Origin: Anthoceros angustus
Lineage: Eukaryota > Plantae > Anthocerotophyta
Reading direction: 5' to 3'
Length of the DNA stretch: 64,000 bases
NCBI GenBank assembly: GCA_010909165.1
Contig: MU008162.1
Location: 1,984,001 to 2,048,000, forward strand
The position numbers and the translations under genes were made by a program. This document shows, in pieces, positions 22,001 through 31,800 of this stretch. The stretch's first letter is position 1. Each line of letters opens with the position of its first letter. The notes under the pieces were generated by a model. That model made no database searches, was not told where the DNA came from, and saw nothing but the letters and a program-made list of their open reading frames with translations.

Positions 22001-23842
22001 ATGCAAGGAGAAGCCATCATTGTACCCAATTCCGTGACATTTTCGTGCCTCCTTCAGGCATGTGCAAGTGTGGGAAGGTCGGCTTTGGACAAGGGCAAGC
22101 AGCTTCATATACAAGTTAAAGAACAACGACTTCAAGCAGATTTGTTTGTAGCCAACAATTTGATAAACATGTATGCCAAGTGTGGAAGTCTAGAGGACGC
22201 TCAGACAGTGTTTGATGAACTTGGTCAGAAAGATGTGGTAACGTGGAATGCCATGATAGCAGCATATTCCCAGCAGGGTATGGGCCTGAAAGCCCTTTGC
22301 CTTTACAGTGCTATGCAGGAGGAAGGCATCTCTGTACCGGACTCTGTGACATTTGCTTGCCTCCTGCAGGCGTGTGCAAGTGTGGGCAGCTCAGCATTGG
22401 AGAGTGGGAAGCAGTTTCATGCACAAATTAGAGAAGGAGGACATCAGGCTGATGTGTTTGTTGCGAGCAGTTTGGTGAACATGTATGCAAAGTGTGGTAG
22501 CCTAGGGGATGCAAGGAGAGTGTTTGATGGGCTTGGTGAGAAGGATCTAGTGGTGTGGAACGTCATGATTGCTGGGTATTCGCAACAGGGTATGTGCCAG
22601 GAAGCCCTTAGTCTTTACAGTGCTATGCAAGAAGGTCCCAGGACTGTAGCCGATACCGTAACGTTTGGGTGCCTCCTGCAGGCATGTGCAAGTATGGGCA
22701 CCCTTGGTTTGGACAAGGGGAAGCAGCTACACTCGCAAATTAAGGAAAGAGGAAATGAAGCTGATGTGTTTGTAGCAAGCAGTCTGGTGAGCATGTATGC
22801 AAAGTGTGGCAGCTTGAATGACGCTGAGAGAGTTTTTGACATCCTTGTTGAAAAAAATGTGGTGATTTGGACTGCCATGATACAAGGTTATTCCCAGCAG
22901 GGGATGGGCCAGGAAGCCCTTCGTCTCTACAGTGCTATGCATGAAGAAGGGCTTGCTGTACCCGATGCCGTGACCTTTGGGTGCCTCCTACAGGCATGCG
23001 CGAATGTGGCGGCTCTGCGTCTTGGAAGGCAGCTACATGCACAGATTGAAGAACAAGGGCTTCAAGCAGATCTGTTTGTAGCTAGCAGTTTGATTAACAT
23101 GTATGGGAAGTGCGGGAGCATGGCGGATGCGCAGAAGGTCTTTGATTCGCTGCCCGAAAGAAGCGTTATCGCGTGGAGTGCACTGATTGCAGGCTACACC
23201 TGTCAAGGAGACAATGAAGTGGTCTTTGACTTGGTTCAAAGAATGATCGAAGTTGGGATACAGCCAGACTGCATCACATTCCTTAGTGTACTTAAAGCAT
23301 GCAGTCATGTCGGTGTTGTAGACAAAGGGAAGAATTATTTTGAGCTTATGAGTAGACAATACGGGATCACTCCAATGGTGGAGCACTACACATGTATGGT
23401 GGACCTGCTGGGCCGTGCAGGCCAACTGGATGAGGCACTAGCTTGGGTAGAGAGGATGCATGTACCACCTAATGCCGACGTTTGGCACACTCTGTTGGGT
23501 GCTTGTCGAAAGTGGAACAACGTAGAAGTGGGATGCCGTGCTTTCAATGAAGCAGTGAAACTCGACAAGAGAGATGCGGCAGCATATGTGTTGATGTGGA
23601 ACATATACACCGGAGCTCGGATGTGGGAGCAGGCACATGAGATGCAGACAAGGAGAAAAAGAATCAGGGCTTGGAAGCAGCCAGGTCAAAGCTGGTGGAC
23701 AGACATGGACGGACTGGTGCACAGTTTCGTGGCTGGGGATAAGGAGCATCATAGTGATCATAGAGCAATGCTGAATCAGGTCACGGCCGAAGCATTTCTT
23801 GTCCAAAACGAACGATTTGAATTCCATAAAGATTTTGGGTGA
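19019..23842 (+). CDS. PLS-class PPR protein (12 PLS triplets + P2L2S2 + E1/E2 + truncated E+/PG-WW box, no deaminase) with N-terminal OSB-type PDF motif
   Basis: Intronless 1607-aa ORF; 12 copies of (N/S)SLVNMYAKCG-like S motifs at 312-nt spacing; HYTCMVDLLGRAG; KQPGQSWWTD at 23675; LWRLFFRDPMLWWDNRQDKKSDRSPDFRHRESQEVLWL at ~19195-19315. True start codon uncertain. Confidence 0.92.
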   Translation: MAVRSRLTGVGRAPAHLTLRKQLLTKKQAARSSSNARKPARPRGLPGDGSRSQGLQRQELLWRLFFRDPMLWWDNRQDKKSDRSPDFRHRESQEVLWLNSVHKPPWVDAQLAAVDMEMGRGASNSNWSVPGESDYAWPAGYESGVTAEIVSQLCDEGRVTEAVDALGVLVQREFCVSKSLFYHVLKQCEVKKNLGLGRRVHAFTVKQGYESDTFLCNHILRMYASHGRLQDAMDVFSLIAEPDAFMWSSIISAHVKLGNDKEAIKLYHRMQGSSVKPDGHVFVAALQACARGSDLKTGQQVHADVLASGVEPHLIVCNGLVDMYAKCGRLEDGKRVFDGLRQKDVVTWNTMIAGYSQQGMGQEALRLYSDMQDDGVISPNSVTFVCLLQACASVGTLALDKGKQLHVEIGEQGHQVDVYVANSLVNMYAKCGSLEDAQRVFDGLGQKDVVAWTALIAGYSQQGMPQEALRLYSVMQVEGMAVPDPVTFVCLLQACASVGTLALEEGKQLHAQIRERGHQAHVFVANSLVNMYAKCGSLEDAHSVFDGLHQKDVVTWTVLIAGYSQQGMGQEALRVYSAMLEEGIAVPNSVTFGCLLQACASVGTPALAMGIRLHEQIRERGDQADSFVASSLVNMYAKCGSLEDAQIVFAQLCEKDVVTWNAMIAACTQQGMGQEALQLHRAMQEEGIVVPNSATFVYLLQACASVGTGALEKGKQLHVQVREQGLQPDGFIGNSLVNMYAKCGSLEDAQRLFDGLEHKDVVTWTSLIGGYSQHGMFHEALRLYDAMQDEGTALPNAVTFVCLLQACASVGTMALEKGKQLHRQLNDQAHQADGFVASSLVNMYVKCGSLEDAQRVFDGLGHKDVVTWNALIAGYSQEGMGQEAIRLYSDMQEVGLAVPNSVTFVCLLQACAVVGTSALEKGVQLHVQIEEQGIQADVFVANSLVNMYAKCGSLEDAQKVFDELGQKDVVTWNAMIAGYSQQGMGQEALRLYSAMQGEAIIVPNSVTFSCLLQACASVGRSALDKGKQLHIQVKEQRLQADLFVANNLINMYAKCGSLEDAQTVFDELGQKDVVTWNAMIAAYSQQGMGLKALCLYSAMQEEGISVPDSVTFACLLQACASVGSSALESGKQFHAQIREGGHQADVFVASSLVNMYAKCGSLGDARRVFDGLGEKDLVVWNVMIAGYSQQGMCQEALSLYSAMQEGPRTVADTVTFGCLLQACASMGTLGLDKGKQLHSQIKERGNEADVFVASSLVSMYAKCGSLNDAERVFDILVEKNVVIWTAMIQGYSQQGMGQEALRLYSAMHEEGLAVPDAVTFGCLLQACANVAALRLGRQLHAQIEEQGLQADLFVASSLINMYGKCGSMADAQKVFDSLPERSVIAWSALIAGYTCQGDNEVVFDLVQRMIEVGIQPDCITFLSVLKACSHVGVVDKGKNYFELMSRQYGITPMVEHYTCMVDLLGRAGQLDEALAWVERMHVPPNADVWHTLLGACRKWNNVEVGCRAFNEAVKLDKRDAAAYVLMWNIYTGARMWEQAHEMQTRRKRIRAWKQPGQSWWTDMDGLVHSFVAGDKEHHSDHRAMLNQVTAEAFLVQNERFEFHKDFG

Positions 23843-24262
23843 AAAACCGTGCCACGGTTAGAATAGGCTCACCAAAAGTTGCTCACAGGCTTCCGACTCT
23901 ATCAGATGTTGACACGCTCGTTGTCTTCGTTAACCTGAAATTAGCTATCGAAGCGGGTCCTACTCAACCTCCTCGCCCCTTGTCTAACCTGCCTGAAAAA
24001 ATAATTGGGTGATCTGGTTATCATAATATGTACCTAGGTCTAGTGGAGAATTTAAGTCTCGGATCATCCTATGTCTTTTGTTTGTGTAAACTCGTATGTT
24101 TTTAACCCCAGAAGGGCGAGGCCCTTTTTCGGGCGTCTCGAGTAACGGCATTGATGACACGAGGTAAAAAGGTGATGGATTAAAAGAGATAAAAAGTTAA
24201 GTTAGTAGCTGCCCTGTGAAGAAGATGCATGTGTTGGATGCTTCATGCAATCTCCCGCTAGA

Positions 24263-24690
24263 GGAATTGCTATAGCCATAAATGAAGAGCTGCCTAGAGA
24301 GGACTCTTAGTGATCAGTGGTCTGTAAGAATCCCTAGATTTAACAGCTGCCTAATCGAGGTCAGGCTGCAAGATATTTAAGGGCTAGAGCAAGGGTTTTG
24401 AGGAAAAAAAGTTAGACACTCGCTCCTTGAGAGAGCAGGCAAGTATGCGCTGTAAGCCTTGTGTTGAGAGAGCTGTGGAATTGCTATAACCACAAATGAA
24501 GAGCTGCCTAGAAAGGACTCTTAGTGATCAGTTCTGTAAGAATCCCTAGATTTAACAACTCCCTTGTTGAGGTCAAGCTACAAGATATATAAGGGCTAGA
24601 GCAAGGGTTTTGAGGAAAAAAAGTTAGACACTCACTCCTTGACAGAGTAAGCAAGTGTGCGCTGCAAGCCTTGTATTGAGAGAGCTGTGA
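24263..24690. repeat. 214-bp tandem duplication inside a ~1 kb LTR-like segment (~24050-25010)
   Basis: GGAATTGCTATA.CCA.AAATGAAGAGCTGCCTAGA.AGGACTCTTAGTGATCAG...GAGAGAGCTGTG at 24263 and 24477; contains GATATATAAGGG. LTR identity not proven: no partner LTR or PBS found. Confidence 0.7.
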
Positions 24691-25093
24691 AGAGCTAGCT
24701 AGTGAGCTTGTCGTGGAATCAAGAGCAGTAGCCAGTTGGGCGTAGATTCCCAGATTCCATTGTTGTATTTTTGCAATAAAGAGCAGCACCTCGAGGAGGT
24801 GGTTTGCAAGTCGTTACTGGACAACGGGCTACTTGGAGCCTAGTGCTATGTCGTGAGGTTGAGAGCGTTGAGAACCGTGCAAGTCTCTTGTGGAGTGAAT
24901 TGGAGAGATTCTAAAGCGCTGGGAAGCCAGCACTTGTCGCCTCTTTACTGGCTGCGCAGTAAGGGGTGTTATTTCTCGAGTGATTTAGTCGTATTTAAGT
25001 ATAATTAATGGAATTAAAATTTGATGCATTTGTTCTCAGCTGCATGATTACCAGCATTGTCAGTTCCATCCTCCAGCAATTTCAGGATTGCGT

Positions 25094-25221
25094 GGGGCTT
25101 CCATGGCCACCACGGTGACACAGGTGGGGCTTCCATGGCCACCACGGTGACACAGGTGGGGCTTCCATGGCCACCACGGTGACACAGGTGGGGCTTCCAT
25201 GGCCACCACGGTGACACAGGT
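25094..25221. repeat. Perfect minisatellite, 32 bp x 4
   Basis: GGGGCTTCCATGGCCACCACGGTGACACAGGT, four identical copies. Confidence 0.97.
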
Positions 25222-26030
25222 AAGCACCTTCCCCTTGTTACGAAAAAATACGATTGTGTACCTCTTTGAGAAAACTTGACCAGTGCTACATGATACCATC
25301 GGCAACAAGTTCAGCCCTTCTGTGAACTACAGCATGTTGTTCGGTTTTTTCAAACACAAAAATGGGCCCTTCAAACTACCTAGAGGTGTTATAGCTATCT
25401 ACCTCTCCGGTATAAGAATCTTTGTGGAGTCTTTTCTTCTTCCCCCTTGTTAGGAATGAAATGGTATTTGACTATTCTGTCGCAAAAATGAGCAGTGCTC
25501 ACCACCTTTTCAAATTTCCAAGATTAAGAAGAATCTTTGTGGAATCTTTCCTTCTTGCCCCTCGTTAGGCATGAAATGGTATCCAACTTTATTGCCGCAG
25601 AGATGAGCATAGTTCTTGAAATGCTTGCCACCTTTGCTCAAATTTTCGAGCTCTTCAATCGGTGCCGAAAAAATGAAAGACCCTAGAACTCGCCCAAAAC
25701 CACTCATTCTCAGGAGTCGCTTTGTTTTTTAGGGGTTATGTAGATCTGTTTTCTGTTTGTGTGATATGTACCAAAGTCCTTTAGGGCCTTGATATATGTC
25801 TCTAACGTTCTTCGAGGTTATTGAAGACTTTATATAGATATTTCTAAGTATACATCGAAGTCCCACATTGAATTTCTGATCTTCGAGGCTGTTGAACCAG
25901 TGTACGATAAAAAATATGATACCATAGTTATTTTTCAATAAAATCCTCTTCTATTGAGTCTAATAAAGATGATCTATTATTAATAATTAAAATTAAGTAT
26001 ATTATTCATAATAATTTATTAAATCCAGCA

Positions 26031-26100
26031 GCTTTTGTAGTCCATAGGCTAGGATAATTTCCTTTCAAGCAAAACATCTGGGTTCAATTCCTACCAATTT
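26031..26100 (+). pseudogene. Degenerate tRNA-Glu(TTC)-like sequence (tRNA pseudogene or tRNA-derived SINE head)
   Basis: A-box TAGTCCATAGG, TAGGATA, anticodon loop CTTTCAA and B-box GGTTCAATTCC at tRNA spacing; acceptor and anticodon stems pair poorly. Confidence 0.45.
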
Positions 26101-27630
26101 CCTATCCAAAATTGCAATCTCTATATATTGTCATGTATGATTCCTTTGTAATTTGTGCAATCAATGTCACAACAAAATTTAGTCTTAGTGGACTTACTAG
26201 ACATAAAATTCATCTTCTTCTTTTATTCCATAGTTACCGTATTTATATATTATCATGTATAATCTCTTTTGTAAAATTTTGTTATTCATAACAAAATTAT
26301 GTCTTAGTGAATTCAGTGGATGTAAACTTTGCCTTCTTTTTCTAAACCAGAATTATCTTTTTTATGTATTATAATTTACAATACATATTTTTATCAAAAT
26401 TCATACACAATACATATATCTAAGGTATATTGTATGACAATTCTCTTGGGATTAGGCATTATGTGAAAATTGGATCCGCCTTTGTCCCTCTGCATCCTTT
26501 ATTCCATCACCTCTTGTGTGCTTTTGCTTTGCATCAAATTTAACTTTCGAGGAACGTTCATGTGTTTCAAGGGAAATCAGATCCCCCTTCAATGGTCAAG
26601 TCTGTAGCTTAACTTAGGTGGCTCCCTTTTGCTAGACATTATAGAATCCTTTTTCCTTCTCTCGTTTAAGATTTGCAGGCTCTCCTCGGCCCAATCTCCT
26701 TCATTACATATAGATCATCTCATCTCTTTCTATTCATTAAATAAAGAGTCAATTCAATAACTATAACATAGTTTTAGAAAGTGGTAATAGAAAAAATTTC
26801 AAGTAGTAATAAAACTAAAATAGCTCTTCTCTAAGGATTGAAATATACACCTACTTACCAAAAAATATATAAATAAAATAAACTAAAAATATCAGCTTTC
26901 TAATATACCTACATAGATATATATTTGAAAAATTTTATTTGGTGTAACAAGAAATTTATTAAAGTGCATAAAGTAAAATTGATTAGGTATAAGAAAAATT
27001 ATCGATATTTAATGATCTTAATTTTACCTGGACACATAATTTTATGAATAGCTGTAGGTTTTAAGGTCGTTACTTTAAGGAGCTATCTTTCACCCTTTAG
27101 TTATAAAATCACAAGTAATATACCTAGTAACATTTTTGTTTCCAATGATTGTACACCATGAAGACCAAACATGATCTACATTAAATATGCTTTTTCTTCT
27201 GATGTATATATACAAAGCTGAATATTTAACAGATAAGTTCTTGACACAATGCATATATTTTGCTTATCAATTTTCATCTTGTTATCAATTTACTAAGGAT
27301 AGCATGTAGAATTCTTTTGGTTTGATGTATTAAAAAAATAAAATGTAATCAAAACTTTGAGTGGATTGGAGTATATGACTTCTAGATTCAAATGCTTACC
27401 ATGAGTAATTGTTATTTAGCAGATCATTATAGTTTCATCCTAGCACTTGTGAAATTTTTAAAGGATAACCATCTAAGAGTTTGCTTACTTGAGCTATGGA
27501 AGTAGGTATATTCAAAATATTTTATGTATATAGGATTTCAGTGGAAATATAAGTTATTTTTCTATTTATTATTACAAGATAATATGATGGGTTAAATCTG
27601 GATGTTTATAATTGAACCTTAAATGTATCT

Positions 27631-28395
27631 ATGATGGCTTCCAAGAAAAAAGAAGATAAAATTATAAGTGGAGATGAAAAAAATCAAAAGGATAAAAGTG
27701 ATGAAGAAAATAAAAATAACAAAATAAAACCATCTGATAACGAACTATTATCTCAAAGTGGTGAGACTGAAACTAACGGGGTAGTTGAAGAACTAGTGGT
27801 AGAGGAACCTCCTGTCCCCTTCAAACTAAACATTGCAGAAATGCTAGCACTTGATAATTTGGGGTATGATCCGGACATATATCTAGATGGGCTTTTGAAG
27901 AGTACTTATGATGAAATGATAGAAACGGGGAGAACAAAGTTGCTAGTCTTCATGGCTGCAAACGAATCCAAATGGCCAGCAACTGGATGTTGTAAAATGT
28001 TTCTATTAGGTATGGGGGAAGAAATAGATGCAGCAAGTCTAACAAGAGAAGCGGCATATAACAGATTATTAGAATACAAAGAGAGTCTAGGCGGTCCTCC
28101 AATCCAATATTGGCAAATGAGAAAACTATATTTACTTTATAGAATTCCTTGTCATCATTGGATCGAATTTACGGAGTCTCAAGCTGACGATTTACTAGAC
28201 AAGGCACGGGCCAAAATCGCACCTGGCGGTCTACTTCCTTACCCGCCTCGATCCAAACAAAAGAAACCAGTCAGAAAATGGACGTTTTGGGGAAATAAAA
28301 GTATTAGACCAAATATTTATGACCAAGGGTTAAAATTTCACGCGTCAACGAAATCGTTTAGACCAATCGTCAAGCCGACCGATAAAATCATTTGA
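27631..28395 (+). CDS. Orphan 254-aa ORF (K/E/D-rich N-terminus, globular-looking core, basic C-terminus)
   Basis: 765-nt open frame with ATG in very AT-rich DNA where stop codons are frequent; no family recognised. Confidence 0.65.
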   Translation: MMASKKKEDKIISGDEKNQKDKSDEENKNNKIKPSDNELLSQSGETETNGVVEELVVEEPPVPFKLNIAEMLALDNLGYDPDIYLDGLLKSTYDEMIETGRTKLLVFMAANESKWPATGCCKMFLLGMGEEIDAASLTREAAYNRLLEYKESLGGPPIQYWQMRKLYLLYRIPCHHWIEFTESQADDLLDKARAKIAPGGLLPYPPRSKQKKPVRKWTFWGNKSIRPNIYDQGLKFHASTKSFRPIVKPTDKII

Positions 28396-28829
28396 GAAAC
28401 TGAGGAGAACATCCGCTCAAGGCATCGGGGATGCCATTAATTTTTGGCAGGCGCCTAATTTCCAGCTACGGGACTGTACAGAAGGTACTGAGCTAATGCA
28501 ACCACATCACCCACATTCGACAGTGGCTCGCATTTGCATCGCTCGCTCACTCTTTTTGGTAGTCCAAAGAGGTTTGAGACTCAAGAGCTTGTCATCCAAC
28601 CGCGAGAAGCAGCAGCCAGCTAGATTGGCGCAGCAAGGTACAAGCGAATCTGGAGCAATGGGTGTTGAATGCTACAAAATTCCCAGATGCTGTGCAACAG
28701 GTCAGACCTTGTCACTCCATCGCACCGTCACATTCTATTTGATCCGCGGCCCGCACAAATCAAGATGTCAGGACACCAGCTGTTGGGCACTAGCCTTAAG
28801 TTTGGCAAAGTGTGTGACCCTGTTCCACG

Positions 28830-31800
28830 TTAATCCAGCACTCCAGGAGGACTCCGCATGCTCAGCTCCCGTCTCAAAGCAATGAGGTCTTCCAACCCTG
28901 GGTGGGCCTGTAACACTTCCTGGGAAATGGATACACAGATGGCATCAGACTCAAGGAGCTCAAATGGAAACCCACGATAACAACAACTGCAACCAACTGA
29001 ACTCAGCAAGTACCTCAGCTGCAGTGCGAGCATGTAGCAGAATCTCTCCGTCTGTTTCAATGCGAGCAACGCTGAACTCCGGGAGGTTTCCAGATTGACG
29101 CTTGCCCAGAACGTCGCCTGGTCCACGGGATTCCAGGTCCACTTCTGCCAGGTAGAAGCCATCTCTGGATTTCTCTAGCAGTCTGAGACGACTCAGGCAG
29201 CTGGGAGTGGAGCCAAAGAGTATGCACATCGACTCCCTAGTCCCTCTACCCACTCGGCCCCTCAGTTGATGCAGCTGCGCCACACCGTACCTTTCTGCGT
29301 GCTCTATCACCATGACAGACGCTTCTGGTATGTCAATCCCTACCTCTATCACCGTCGTGGAAACCAGGAGTTGGGTCTCCCCAGTTTTGAAGAGTCTCAT
29401 TGCTTCTTCTTTTTCTTGGGGTTTCATCCGGCCATGCACAAGCCCACATTTGAAAGATTCGAACTCCCTCTCTAGGTTCTTGAATTCCGGAACAGCGGCT
29501 CGAATGTCCGGAAGCTCCTCAGATAATTCGATTACTGGGAACACAAAAAACGCTCTTCCTCCCCTCTGCAGTTCCTTGTGCACCATCTGATTTTACAGCA
29601 GATTAGGTTTGGATCAAAAGAAGCTCTCTTGAATGTTACTCTAGCAGAAGAACTGCAATGCCCCTTAGCCCAACTCTACCTCGTAAGCTTCTTGACGACC
29701 CTTTTTATCGCCAAGGAAAACATGCGTCGAAATATCAGGACGCCCAGGTGGCAACTCTGTTATCTGCAGACGTCATCATGGCCTTATTCTTTGCTTCTAC
29801 AGCTCAAGATAATGGCTTCGGAAATCACAACCAAATCTACAGCCAAAAATTTGTATGTGAAGTTGAACCGGTTTTTAATCACACAAGGGTCTGACCTGAC
29901 TGAGTGCCATGTCTCCATGCATTGTCAAAGCTAAAGTTCTTGGTATGGGTGTTGCCGTCACGGCAAGTACATGTGGAGCACTGAGTGAGGGCATTCTCAT
30001 CCGTCTGCCAGTGCTGTCATCACCACCACTCTGCGTTGAACCGGCAAGTGCTGATCCCTGCAACTCCAAAATCAACAATACTGTCCTAAACACGAGGAAT
30101 ATCACTAGCCGCATGCGATGCAGGGGAGAACATCAGCCGTTGATCATGGGGAGAACATACCTTGCTGTGCAGGCGTCCTCGCTGATCAACCCCAAAACGA
30201 TGCTGTTCGTCAATGACAGCAAGTCCTAGTGATGCGAATTTGACGCTTTCTGATATAAGACTGTGGGTTCCAATAATTAAATTAATCTCCCCACTCTCCA
30301 GGCCCTGCACTTGAAGGAACGACTATAAGGACTTGCTAACAAGAGGCGCAACTGCCCAGGATGGCTGATCTCTTGTGCTGAAATGAAATAAGAGAGCTCA
30401 AAGCATCACATACAGATCGAATAGCACGAGCTTTGCTTTGGGGAGTGGATCCAGTGAGCAAGGCCACACGAGGCCTCTCCGACTCTTCAAGCCCATTCAG
30501 CCACGAAAGCACCCCTTTATGATGCTGACTAGCTAAGAATTCAGTTGGTGCCATCAGAGCCCCCTACATCCAACAATGGACAGTGGCTAAGAATGTATTG
30601 AGGAAAAGTGCCGTAAACTGTGGAAGCATTCTACACAACTACGACAAACTGCACATAAAGCAGACGCCAGATACCTGGTAACCTGCATCGATAACTTCGA
30701 GTAGGGCTAAAAATGCTATAATTGTCTTTCCACATCCGACATCCCCCTAAGTCAGACCACGCTATCGTTAGCAAACTGAATTTGAAAGTCAGTGAGCAGA
30801 AGTTCCATGCCATGGAAGCGGCACTCACTTGCAATAGACGGCTCATTGGTACAGGATTTTGCAAGTCCCACATTATCTCGGACGCAGCTTTTTGCTGAGA
30901 TGGAGTGAGAGAGTACGGTAGAGATTTAACAAGCTTCAAGGTCAATGGAGACCAATTTTCTTGGTCCAGGCTACCCACACTAGCATTTCTCCTTGCAAGG
31001 CCTGAAGCCGCAAGACAGTCATTTGCAATTTGCTGACGGCGCAACAGCATGCCCAGCTGTAAAACGTCCGAGGTTTTAGCTGAGAGTAATGATGCGCAAA
31101 TTGAGTGAACCATTCAAGAGCTAATCATGCAGCGAACAATGCCTCAACAAACCTGAAGATAGAAGAACTCATCAAAAACAAGACGCTGACGAGCCTGTTC
31201 AGCCTCCTTTACACTTGCCGGATTATGTATGTCAAGGTAGGCCTGCATTTTAAGCTCATAAGTCAGTTCACACTTATCTCTCAAGCGCCCAAGAAATGCT
31301 CGTGTAACAGAAGGCAATATACGTGAAATACCTGGCGGAGATCAAGCAATTTGAATCTCCTTCGCAGTTCCTTTGGGACAGGATCAAATTCTAGAGGCAA
31401 GTCTTTTAATACCCTGGTAGCAAACAGAATATCTAAACATTTCAGTGAAGACCTTAAGGAGCACCACACCATTCAATCCACAATATGGATTATGCTTGAC
31501 ATACTTCTGTATACATAGCTCGATTGTTTTAGGCCTCAAAACTCCCTTGGCAGGATACACTGGGTACGGGTTTCCAATGACTTCGGGTCCAGAGACTCCA
31601 GGGGTACCAGAAATAGGCTTCGAAATGGAAGGGCCGTCACCCGGTTCGAAGATGAATTCTTTAATTTCGAAGTGATTTTGTTGGGCCATGGCTTTCACCT
31701 GAGTCACAGCAGGCACGAAAAAATAAGCATAGAATATGGACAATCACCTAACACATTACAGAAAGCTCATGGGTTATCCAGCTTCTTACCTTTCCACTTA

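Noticed and set aside
19547-23827. Repeated antisense and alternative-frame ORFs
   Set aside because: Periodic by-products of the 312-nt PPR repeat
24050-25010. Solo LTR call
   Set aside because: LTR-like composition and internal duplication, but I could not fix TG...CA ends, a TSD or a partner
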